Part shown: piece by piece, positions 15,151 through 23,482 of the stretch | Layout of the letters: each line of letters begins with the position of its first letter | Position numbering within the stretch: the first letter of the stretch is position 1 | Assembly (NCBI RefSeq): GCF_000017845.1 | Contig: NC_010546.1 | Span: 3,180,001 to 3,212,000, forward strand | Direction of reading: 5' to 3' | DNA from: Crocosphaera subtropica ATCC 51142 | GTDB taxonomy: Bacteria; Cyanobacteriota; Cyanobacteriia; Cyanobacteriales; Microcystaceae | Length of the DNA: 32,000 bases | Made by a program: the position numbers and the translations under genes | Notes under the pieces: model-generated | Told to the model about the DNA's origin: nothing | What the model saw: only the letters and a program-made list of their open reading frames with translations | The model's database searches: none

Positions 15151-18100
15151 CACATTAACTTCACAACGTATCCTAGCAGCCCTCAAAGAAGCTCGCAGCG
15201 AACTCGAAGCCGTCGAACAGTCTCAAAATGAACCCATTGCCATTGTTGGTATGGCGGGGCGGTTTCCAGGGGCAAAAAATTTAGATGAATTTTGGCAAAA
15301 TCTCTGTAATGGGGTTAATTCTATTGACTTTTTATCCCAAGAGGAGCTATTGGCCAATGGAGTTGAAACTGAAACCCTTAATGATCCCAACTATGTGAAC
15401 GCCTATTCCAGTTTTGACGGGATAGACTCCTTTGATGCTGCCTTTTTCGGCTATTCTCCTAGGGAAGCTGAAGTGCTTGACCCACAACATCGTGTGTTCC
15501 TTGAATGCGCCTGGGAAGCCCTAGAGAATGCGGGTTATGACCCCGAACGCTATGGGGGGCCTATTGGGGTTTTTGGGGGAGCAGCCCTCAACAGCTACTT
15601 AGTGAACCTCTATGGCAATACTCAGCTTAGACAGTCCCTTGATAAGACTCAAGTGGTTATCAGCAACGTCATGGGGTTAATGCCCACTAGAGTCTCTTAT
15701 AAACTAAATCTAAAAGGGCCTAGTTGTGGGGTACAAACCGGCTGTTCTACCTCCCTCGTTTCCGTTCATTTAGCCTGTCAAAGTTTGCGGAACCGAGAAT
15801 GTGACATGGCTTTAGCAGGAGGGGTTACCATTGGTACATTGGGCAAATCTGGTTATCTTTACCAAAAAGAAGGTATTGCTTCCCCTGACGGCTTTTGTCG
15901 TGCTTTTGATGCCAATGCCCAAGGCACTGTATTTGGTAACGGGGTGGGTATTGTTGCCCTAAAACGGTTATCCCTTGCCCAAGAAGCAGGGGATCATATT
16001 TATGCCGTGATTAAAGGCTCTGCTATCAATAACGATGGTTCTCAAAAAGTAGGACTAACCGCCCCTAGCGTGGCAGGACAAGCCGAAGTCATCGAAAAGG
16101 CATTGAAAAAAGCAGGCATTGAACCAGAAACCGTTAATTATATCGAAACTCATGGAACAGGAACCCCCCTCGGTGATCCTATCGAGATGTCTGCCTTAAC
16201 CAAAGTCTTTCGTTCTACTCCTCAACAACAGAAATTTTGTGCGATCGCCTCTGTGAAAACCAATATCGGTCACTTAGATGCAGCAGCAGGCATTGCGGGA
16301 CTAATTAAAACCGTTTTAGCCCTAAAACATCAACAAATCCCCCCCAGTCTCAATTTTAGTGAGCCTAACCCCCAAATTGACTGGGATAATAGTCCTTTTT
16401 ACGTTAATACTCAACTCACAGACTGGCAACGGAAGGGAATGCCTCGTCGTGCTGGTGTGAGTTCCTTTGGTATGGGTGGGACGAATGCTCACGTTATTCT
16501 TGAGGAGATAGAAGGCGATCCCCCCCTATCCCCCTTTGCCAAGGGGGGAAGCCAAATATTACTATTGTCCGCAAAAACATCTACTGCCCTAGAAACAACA
16601 ACTAAAAATTTAGCAACCCATTTAAAAGAGCATCCAGAGCTTAATTTAGCTGATGTGGCCTATACCCTACAAATGGGTCGTCAAGGCATGGAATATCGTC
16701 ATTTTATCGTTTGCCAAGAAATAGAAGAAGCGATCGCCGCTTTAGACACTTCTCCTAACCCTATTCCCCTATTACCTTCTCGTGCCATTACTTTCTTATT
16801 CTCTGGTCAAGGTAGTCAATATCTCAATATGGGGTGCGAACTCTATGACACTGAATCTGTGTTTAAACAAGAAGTTGATCGCTGCTGTGACTTGCTTCAA
16901 TCACGCTTAGGATGGGATTTACGGGCGATTATTTTTAGGGAGCAGGGAGCAGGGACAAAGGAGCAGGGAGAAAAGATTCCAGCCTATGTTAATCTACACT
17001 CTACAATTTATGCTCAACCTGCTCTGTTTGTCATTGAATATGCTTTAGCGCAACTTTGGATGTCTTGGGGGGTTCAACCCAATGCGATGCTGGGTCACAG
17101 TATTGGGGAATATGTAGCAGCGACTTTAGCAGAAGTATTTTCTTTAGAAGATGCTCTGTACCTAGTCGCAATGCGAGGGCAACTGATGCAGGAATGCCCT
17201 CCAGGAGCAATGGTTTCTGTTTCCTTATCAGAAGACAAGCTCAAAGGGTTATTGGATCAAGATTTAGTTATTGCAGCTATTAACGCCCCAAGTTTATGCG
17301 TGGTTTCAGGCAAAATAGAAGCGATCGCAACCTTAGAAAAACGTTTAACCAGGGAGAATATTCCCTGTCGTCGTCTCCATACTTCCCACGCCTTCCATTC
17401 TCCCTTGATGCAGCCCATAGGGAGAGAATTTAAACAAATCATTCAACAAATTACTTTAAATTCCCCCAAATTACCCTTTATTTCCAATGTAACAGGAACC
17501 TGGATCACCCCAGGAGAAGCTACTGATCCTAACTATTGGACACAACACCTTACCCAACCCGTTCGTTTTTGTGATGGCATCAGGGAACTGTTACAAACAG
17601 GCGATCGCCTTTTCTTAGAAGTAGGCCCAGGACGGACATTAAGTACCTTAACGAAACAACATCAGTCGGATGTTCCTGTTTTTACCTCGTTACGGCATCC
17701 CCAAGAATCAATCTCTGATCGGTCATTTATCCTCAATACAGTAGGTAAACTGTGGCAAACTGGGGTAGAAATCAATTGGTCAGCGTTTTACACCGATCAA
17801 AGTCCCTCTCGCGTCCCTTTACCCACTTATCCCTTTGAACGTCAGCGTTATTGGGTGGATCTCTCGCCGTCAGAAACTGTTACCCAAAGTGAGGAAAAAA
17901 CTCTTAGCAAAAATCCTGAGATGGCTGACTGGTTCTATGTTCCTGGTTGGAAACGGAGTGCATTACCTAAAAATAGTAGGTCGGCTCCTCAAAATTGGTT
18001 GATTCTAACAGATGAAAGCAAATTAGCAAATGCTTTAATCGCTAATCTTCAAAAATACCAACAAACCGTTATTACTGTAACAATTGGGGAAGAATTTATA

Positions 18101-19747
18101 GAAATTGATGAAAATCAATACAGTATTAATCCTCAGAATGCTGAAAATTATCAAAAATTATGGCAAAATTTAACCCAAAAACCTCAAAGAATTCTTAATC
18201 TATGGCCAATGAAGGAAATAAAAACCTTTGAGCAATGTCAAGATTTGGGGTTTTATAGTTTAGTCTACCTCTCTCAAACTATAGCGCAACAAAAAGAAGC
18301 CATAAAAATGACTGTAATGACTGAGGGTTTACAGGATGTCATTGGCACAGAAACCCTAAACCCCGGCAAAGCAACTATTTTAGGGGCGTGTAAAGTGATT
18401 CCCCAAGAATGTCCTCACATTCATTGCCAAACTATTGATATAACTGCTCATAACCTATCCATTAATTCCCTTTTAACTGAACTATTGACCCCGACTAAGG
18501 ATGCAGTGGTTGCTTATCGCGGTTCTCATCGTTGGGTACAAACCTTTGAACCTTTACCCCTTGCAGAAGTAGAAACAGAGACGATCCCCTTAAAACAAGA
18601 GGGCGTTTATCTCATTGTCGGAGATTTTGTCGAAGGGTTAGGACTGGTGTATGCTCAATGGTTAAGGCAAACTGTCAACGCAAAACTGGTTCTCATTGGA
18701 CGCAAAGACTTACCCCCCCAAGAACAATGGGATGCTTGGTTAGTTACTCACGGCCCTCAAGAAGAAATTACTCGCTGTGTGCGTCAATTACAAGCATTAG
18801 GAACAGGTGGTACAGAATTTCTCTTTTTCAACGCCGATTTAACTGATAAAAAGCAAATCAAAGCAATTATCGCCCAAGCAACCGAAAAATTAGGGAATAT
18901 TAATGGCGTTATTCATGCAGGAACGATGGGCGATCGGGCCAGTTGTCCTCTTCCCCATCTCACGCCAAAAGAATGCGATCGCCAGTGGAAAACGAAGGTG
19001 AAAGGGTTACTGGTACTCGAAGAAGTCTTACAGGGTCAGCCCCTAGATTTTTATCTCTTACAGTCTTCTTTATCCTCCGTCGTGGGGGGTTTAGGGTTTG
19101 CTGCCTATGCTGCGGCCAATACATTCATGGATACCTTAGCCACGCAACGCAACCAAACAGGCACTATTCCTTGGTATAGCGTCAACTGGGATGCCTGTCA
19201 GTTGGATGAAGCAATGCCCCAGGAAAAAACGGGGTTAGCCCTATTGGACTTAGCCATGACTCCCCAAGAGGTTTGGGAAGTTTCTAGGCGAATATTCGCC
19301 TGTGCTTCTCATCCTCAGATTATCGTTTCCCCAGGGAATTTATCAACCCGAATGAACCAGGAGATGAGACACTCAACCCCTGAAGACCCAGAAGCCCTCT
19401 CTAGCTACCATAGACCCACTTTAAACACCCCTTATGAAGCCCCCCGTAATGCCATAGAAAAACAGGTTGCAGAAGCATTACAGGAGTTATTAGGCATTGA
19501 AACAGTGGGCATTCATGACAACTTTTTTGAGTTAGGCGGACATTCCTTGTTAGCCATTCAAGCAGTTTCCCGTCTACGAGAGGAGTTTCAAGTAGAGTTA
19601 CCCATGCGAAAGTTTCTCTTTGAGTCTCCCACTGTGGCTGGTATTGCTAAACTGATCGAAGAAAATCAGCCAAATGAGCAAGAACAGCAAGAAATCGCCG
19701 ATTTATTGGCACAAGTCGAGAATCTTTCCGATGAAGACATTAGATAG
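15143..19747 (+). CDS. Type I modular polyketide synthase: KS-AT-KR-carrier (PCP-like), no release domain
   Basis: ATG 15143 overlaps the upstream stop (ATGACTGA, 8-nt overlap). Motifs: QTGCSTS, HGTGT, GHLD (KS); GHSIGE, HAFH (AT); KR with AAYAAAN; carrier FFELGGHSLLAIQ. Ends TAG 19745-19747. Confidence 0.93.
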   Translation: MTDTLTSQRILAALKEARSELEAVEQSQNEPIAIVGMAGRFPGAKNLDEFWQNLCNGVNSIDFLSQEELLANGVETETLNDPNYVNAYSSFDGIDSFDAAFFGYSPREAEVLDPQHRVFLECAWEALENAGYDPERYGGPIGVFGGAALNSYLVNLYGNTQLRQSLDKTQVVISNVMGLMPTRVSYKLNLKGPSCGVQTGCSTSLVSVHLACQSLRNRECDMALAGGVTIGTLGKSGYLYQKEGIASPDGFCRAFDANAQGTVFGNGVGIVALKRLSLAQEAGDHIYAVIKGSAINNDGSQKVGLTAPSVAGQAEVIEKALKKAGIEPETVNYIETHGTGTPLGDPIEMSALTKVFRSTPQQQKFCAIASVKTNIGHLDAAAGIAGLIKTVLALKHQQIPPSLNFSEPNPQIDWDNSPFYVNTQLTDWQRKGMPRRAGVSSFGMGGTNAHVILEEIEGDPPLSPFAKGGSQILLLSAKTSTALETTTKNLATHLKEHPELNLADVAYTLQMGRQGMEYRHFIVCQEIEEAIAALDTSPNPIPLLPSRAITFLFSGQGSQYLNMGCELYDTESVFKQEVDRCCDLLQSRLGWDLRAIIFREQGAGTKEQGEKIPAYVNLHSTIYAQPALFVIEYALAQLWMSWGVQPNAMLGHSIGEYVAATLAEVFSLEDALYLVAMRGQLMQECPPGAMVSVSLSEDKLKGLLDQDLVIAAINAPSLCVVSGKIEAIATLEKRLTRENIPCRRLHTSHAFHSPLMQPIGREFKQIIQQITLNSPKLPFISNVTGTWITPGEATDPNYWTQHLTQPVRFCDGIRELLQTGDRLFLEVGPGRTLSTLTKQHQSDVPVFTSLRHPQESISDRSFILNTVGKLWQTGVEINWSAFYTDQSPSRVPLPTYPFERQRYWVDLSPSETVTQSEEKTLSKNPEMADWFYVPGWKRSALPKNSRSAPQNWLILTDESKLANALIANLQKYQQTVITVTIGEEFIEIDENQYSINPQNAENYQKLWQNLTQKPQRILNLWPMKEIKTFEQCQDLGFYSLVYLSQTIAQQKEAIKMTVMTEGLQDVIGTETLNPGKATILGACKVIPQECPHIHCQTIDITAHNLSINSLLTELLTPTKDAVVAYRGSHRWVQTFEPLPLAEVETETIPLKQEGVYLIVGDFVEGLGLVYAQWLRQTVNAKLVLIGRKDLPPQEQWDAWLVTHGPQEEITRCVRQLQALGTGGTEFLFFNADLTDKKQIKAIIAQATEKLGNINGVIHAGTMGDRASCPLPHLTPKECDRQWKTKVKGLLVLEEVLQGQPLDFYLLQSSLSSVVGGLGFAAYAAANTFMDTLATQRNQTGTIPWYSVNWDACQLDEAMPQEKTGLALLDLAMTPQEVWEVSRRIFACASHPQIIVSPGNLSTRMNQEMRHSTPEDPEALSSYHRPTLNTPYEAPRNAIEKQVAEALQELLGIETVGIHDNFFELGGHSLLAIQAVSRLREEFQVELPMRKFLFESPTVAGIAKLIEENQPNEQEQQEIADLLAQVENLSDEDIR
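15230..16510 (+). other. KS domain, module C
   Basis: Cys codon 15743-15745 (QTGCSTS); HGTGT; GHLD. Confidence 0.9.
16517..16548 (+). repeat. GC-rich hairpin element in the KS-AT linker of module C
   Basis: GATCCCCCCCTATCCCCCTTTGCCAAGGGGGG, with stem CCCCCTT/AAGGGGG and loop TGCC. Peptide DPPLSPFAKGG. Confidence 0.75.
16784..17855 (+). other. AT domain, module C (malonyl-type)
   Basis: AITFLFSGQGSQY; GHSIGE with Ser codon 17099-17101; HAFH; PTYPFERQRYW. Confidence 0.88.
16938..16972 (+). repeat. Heptanucleotide array (GGGAGCA type, 5 units) in the AT loop of module C
   Basis: GGGAGCA GGGAGCA GGGACAA AGGAGCA GGGAGAA. Peptide EQGAGTKEQGE. Confidence 0.85.
18590..19190 (+). other. KR catalytic subdomain, module C (structural subdomain roughly 17925-18590)
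   Basis: Atypical glycine motif LIVGDFVEGLG (18620-18643). Canonical Lys (KTKVKG), Ser (LQSSLSS) and Tyr/Asn (AAYAAAN). Confidence 0.75.
19446..19662 (+). other. Carrier domain, module C, NRPS PCP-type signature
   Basis: FFELGGHSLLAIQ; Ser codon 19544-19546. Confidence 0.85.
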
Positions 19748-19842
19748 AGCAGAGGAAGCAGTTAATATTCTATTACTCTTTCTACACCTCCCATATTTTT
19801 TACACACTCCAGTATTGATATACAGCATTAGAAAAACTGAGT

Positions 19843-22800
19843 ATGAAACAAGCCCTTTTGCCAATTTTCAGGTTTGAAATTTTTTACCATTTACGCCGTC
19901 CCACTTTTTGGATCATTGTTGCGTTATTTTTTGGCATTGCCTTGGTAGACTCGGTGTCTAATGCTTCTCAAGGTCAAGCCTTTTTTTACATCAATAGTCC
20001 GTCTCAAGTGTTTCAAACTACAATTTGGTACACGATCTTTGGTATTTTGGCCGCTTCTGCCTTTGTGGCAGAAACCTTTGTCAGAGATGCTAATTACCGC
20101 ATGGAAGGGTTAATTCTTGCAACCCCGATCGCTAAATGGAATTATTTGGGGCTTCGTTTTTTCGCTGCGGTAGGGATGACGTTGTTGGCGTTTTCGGGTT
20201 ATCTACCAGGAACTATCCTAGGAACCTTGATGCCAGGACTTAACCCCTATGCTTTAGGACCGTTTCGTCCTGATGCCTATCTTCTCAGTTATCTTTTATT
20301 TGTCATTCCTAATCTCTTTTTAGCTTCGGCGATCGCTTTTTGGTTGGCATCTCGCACCCGTAACCTGGCCATTACCTATGCAGGGGCCATTGTTTTAGTC
20401 ATGCTTTATCTCGCCTCTTTGATGATGGTGGGCATGGATGTGATTAATTTCAACCAGTACCGTTTTTGGTCTATGTTAGACCCGTTTGGTTTTCATGCTT
20501 TTGAAGAAACCCGCTTAGGGTGGACGGTTTATCAACATAATACGTTGATGCCGAGGTTGACAAACACTTTACTCATAAATCGTTTGTTATGGATCACAGT
20601 GGCATTGGTCGCTTGGGGGTTTAGTTATCAAACCTATTCGATGAAAATGTTAAAGCGATCGCCGAGGAAGAAAGCGGAGGAGCAGGGAGCAGGGAGACTG
20701 GGGGAAGGTTCTAAGTTTGGAATGGTTTTTCAGCAATGGTTGTATCGCAGTGGCTTTGAGATTCAATGGATCTTGCAAGGACGGGCATTTCTCTTATTAA
20801 CAGGGTTTGGGTTGGTTGCTTTGGTGATGACTGCCTTGGGAACTCGCTCGTTTAACTACTCCACTCCCAGTACGGATCTTTTGATTCACTCGGCGAATAT
20901 TTACCTTGAATATATTTTGTTTGCCATCATTGTGATCTATGGGGCAGAGTTAATGTGGCGCGATCGCCAACTGCGGATACAGGATGTAGTGGATGCAACT
21001 CCCATTTCCAATGGAGTGTTATTGTTCTCGAAACTGACTGCTCTATTTGCCATGATCACCCTGAATTTATTGCTGGCCATGGTAGTCATGATAGGGGATC
21101 AAGCTTTGAACGGTTACTACGAATTTGAGTTGCCCTTATACTTCCAAATGCTGTTTGTGGAGCATGGCCCCTATTTTTATTTAATTGCGATCCTATCGTT
21201 GTTTACCCAAGTGGTCACTGGTCATAAATATGCAGGAATGGCTCTGGCTATTGCGATCGCCCTGTCCAAAATTCCCCTCGATGGGTTTGGACTCTATCAC
21301 AACCTTTATCGCTTTGCTGCCACCAATGACATTGAATATTCTTTGATGAATGGTTACGGTAACTTACTGACGGGACATCTTTGGTACACCCTTTATTGGG
21401 CCATTGGGGGTGCAATTTTAATGGCGATCGCTTATATCATCTGGCCTAGGGGAACGACTAACATGAGTTGGATAAGGGCATGGAAACAGGCTCATGTAAG
21501 AATTAAACAGGCTTTATTCGGTTTAATGGTTTTATTTACTGGGGTAGGTGGTTGGATCGCCTACAATACGATGATAGTTAATCCTTATCAACCGCCAGGG
21601 AAAGAAGAAACCGCAGCCGAGATCGAAAAGCGGTTTAACCAATACGAAACCCTTCCTATGCCTGTGGTGACGAGTACGAACGTTAAGGTGGATATGTTTC
21701 CTGATGAGGGTTATTTTATTGCCAACGGGGAATATCGTCTCAAAAATCAGACGAATACTCCTATTAAAGAGATTCATCTGCTGACGTTTATCAATTTAAC
21801 GCTTGCAGAAGTCAATTATCCAGGGGCCAAATTACGAGAAGCGCATCCTGAGTGGGGTTATTATATCTACACCCTAGATCAGCCCTTAATGCCAGGAGAG
21901 AGCCAAACTTTACAATTTATCACTAAAACTGAGCCAACCAAAGGATTTCGTAATCAGGTAGACAGTGATGATGTCTATATGATCTATCCCAACGATGTAG
22001 TGGGTAATGGCACAAACTTACATAGTCCCTTCATCCTACCTTTTATTGGTTACACCAAAATGGTCGAACACAAAAAAGCTTGGTTGCGGGATAAATTAAA
22101 CTTACCACCGCTAGAAGAACGAATGCGTTCTCATGATGATCCTATCGGACTTTCCCAAGGGTTAACAGTGAGTCATTTGGGTTGGGGTCACGCTAATATT
22201 ACCGTTAGCACCTCAGCCGAGCAACAAGTAGTTACATCGGGAAAATTAATCAAGCAATGGCAAATAGGTGATCGCAATTATTTTCAATATAAGACAACGC
22301 CACCAGATCGGGGAAAATTTACCCTTTATTCGGGTCGTTATGGGGTTTATAAGAATAATGATTATGCTGTTCCCATTGAAATCTATTATCATCCCCAACA
22401 CGAAGAAAATGTCCAGTTAATGGCAACTCACATCGGAAAAGCCCTGGAATTTTATGAAAAATCCTTTGGACCCTATCCCTTTGAACAAGTTCGAGTCGTT
22501 GAATGTGTTTATTACGATGGCATGGTCTTTTCTGAAAGCGGAACCATTGGTATTCCTGAAGTTTTGGTCTGGAAAAATGAAGCCCAAGGACTGGGCAAAG
22601 AAAATATCATTGATTGGTTGACTTATTTGTTAGCTTATGCTTGGTGGGAAGATCAAATGATTGTGGCTGATGTGGCCGGAAGCATGACTGTCCGAGAAGC
22701 CCTCAGTGCTTATGCCAGTTCCTTGTATCAACGTTCCCGTCGCACCCCAAAAATGCAAGAATTGGCGAAAAAACAGCAAATGCGAGATTTTTTCCGTCAG

Positions 22801-23403
22801 CTTGGCAAAATTGATTTCCAAGAACCGGCCTTAATTGAAGTGTACAATGAGTTACCTATTGCCCGTCATAAAGGGGGCATGATCCTAGAATTAATTGAAG
22901 ATTTAATTGGACAAGAAGCCTTACTTACTGCTATTCGGGGCTTTTTTGAGGATCATCGTTATCAAAACCCACCCTATGCAACGGTAATTGAGTTACAAGA
23001 CGCAATTTTAGCTCAAAGTCCTCCAAAATATCGAACAACCATTAAAGAACTGTTTGCTAAAGTCATTACCTATCAAGTGGGCTTAGTTGATGCTGTTTAT
23101 GAACCCTTAGCCGATGGAAAATTTAAAATTATGCTGGAAATAGAAGCGCAAAAACGCTATACCAAAGACCTCGGACGACAGGAACCCACTGAGTTAGATA
23201 TTCCCTTAACCCTCGCTCTGTCCGATGAAGCAGGAAACATCATTTATCGCCAAAAACACGAAATTTCTGGTCAAAAAGCAACCCTTGAATTGATGACGGA
23301 TCAGCTTCCTACTCATGCAAAGGTTGATCCTGATTATCTTTTACCCTCAGCGTTTATTCAGGATAACGTCAAAGGGTTACGTCAGGGAAGTTTAACAGAA
23401 TAA
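19843..23403 (+). CDS. ABC-2-type transporter permease (two membrane halves) fused to a C-terminal M1 aminopeptidase-like domain with degenerate active-site motifs
   Basis: The N-terminal ~580 aa are highly hydrophobic with many predicted TM helices in two blocks. The C-terminal ~600 aa resemble peptidase family M1, but DGMVF replaces GxMEN (22516-22530) and YLLAY-AWW replaces HExxH-QWW (22624-22644). Family assignment is from recalled architecture, not from a search. Confidence 0.75.
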   Translation: MKQALLPIFRFEIFYHLRRPTFWIIVALFFGIALVDSVSNASQGQAFFYINSPSQVFQTTIWYTIFGILAASAFVAETFVRDANYRMEGLILATPIAKWNYLGLRFFAAVGMTLLAFSGYLPGTILGTLMPGLNPYALGPFRPDAYLLSYLLFVIPNLFLASAIAFWLASRTRNLAITYAGAIVLVMLYLASLMMVGMDVINFNQYRFWSMLDPFGFHAFEETRLGWTVYQHNTLMPRLTNTLLINRLLWITVALVAWGFSYQTYSMKMLKRSPRKKAEEQGAGRLGEGSKFGMVFQQWLYRSGFEIQWILQGRAFLLLTGFGLVALVMTALGTRSFNYSTPSTDLLIHSANIYLEYILFAIIVIYGAELMWRDRQLRIQDVVDATPISNGVLLFSKLTALFAMITLNLLLAMVVMIGDQALNGYYEFELPLYFQMLFVEHGPYFYLIAILSLFTQVVTGHKYAGMALAIAIALSKIPLDGFGLYHNLYRFAATNDIEYSLMNGYGNLLTGHLWYTLYWAIGGAILMAIAYIIWPRGTTNMSWIRAWKQAHVRIKQALFGLMVLFTGVGGWIAYNTMIVNPYQPPGKEETAAEIEKRFNQYETLPMPVVTSTNVKVDMFPDEGYFIANGEYRLKNQTNTPIKEIHLLTFINLTLAEVNYPGAKLREAHPEWGYYIYTLDQPLMPGESQTLQFITKTEPTKGFRNQVDSDDVYMIYPNDVVGNGTNLHSPFILPFIGYTKMVEHKKAWLRDKLNLPPLEERMRSHDDPIGLSQGLTVSHLGWGHANITVSTSAEQQVVTSGKLIKQWQIGDRNYFQYKTTPPDRGKFTLYSGRYGVYKNNDYAVPIEIYYHPQHEENVQLMATHIGKALEFYEKSFGPYPFEQVRVVECVYYDGMVFSESGTIGIPEVLVWKNEAQGLGKENIIDWLTYLLAYAWWEDQMIVADVAGSMTVREALSAYASSLYQRSRRTPKMQELAKKQQMRDFFRQLGKIDFQEPALIEVYNELPIARHKGGMILELIEDLIGQEALLTAIRGFFEDHRYQNPPYATVIELQDAILAQSPPKYRTTIKELFAKVITYQVGLVDAVYEPLADGKFKIMLEIEAQKRYTKDLGRQEPTELDIPLTLALSDEAGNIIYRQKHEISGQKATLELMTDQLPTHAKVDPDYLLPSAFIQDNVKGLRQGSLTE
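20678..20705 (+). repeat. Heptanucleotide array (GGGAGCA type) in the inter-half linker of the ABC-2 permease
   Basis: AGGAGCA GGGAGCA GGGAGAC TGGGGGA. Peptide EEQGAGRLGEG. Confidence 0.8.
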
Positions 23404-23471
23404 ATTTGACTTGTCTGGGGACCCTCTATCTGCTTCTAAAACTTAGTTTTATACTCTCAACCAACTTAATT

Positions 23472-23477
23472 AAGGAG
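23472..23477 (+). promoter_or_regulatory. Shine-Dalgarno for the LLM gene
   Basis: AAGGAG 5 nt upstream of ATG 23483. Confidence 0.7.
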
Positions 23478-23482
23478 ACACA

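Noticed and set aside
19674-19877. 67-aa ORF bridging the end of ORF3, the intergenic region and the start of the ABC-2 gene
   Set aside because: It overlaps two better-supported genes in other frames, and its sequence is not protein-like.
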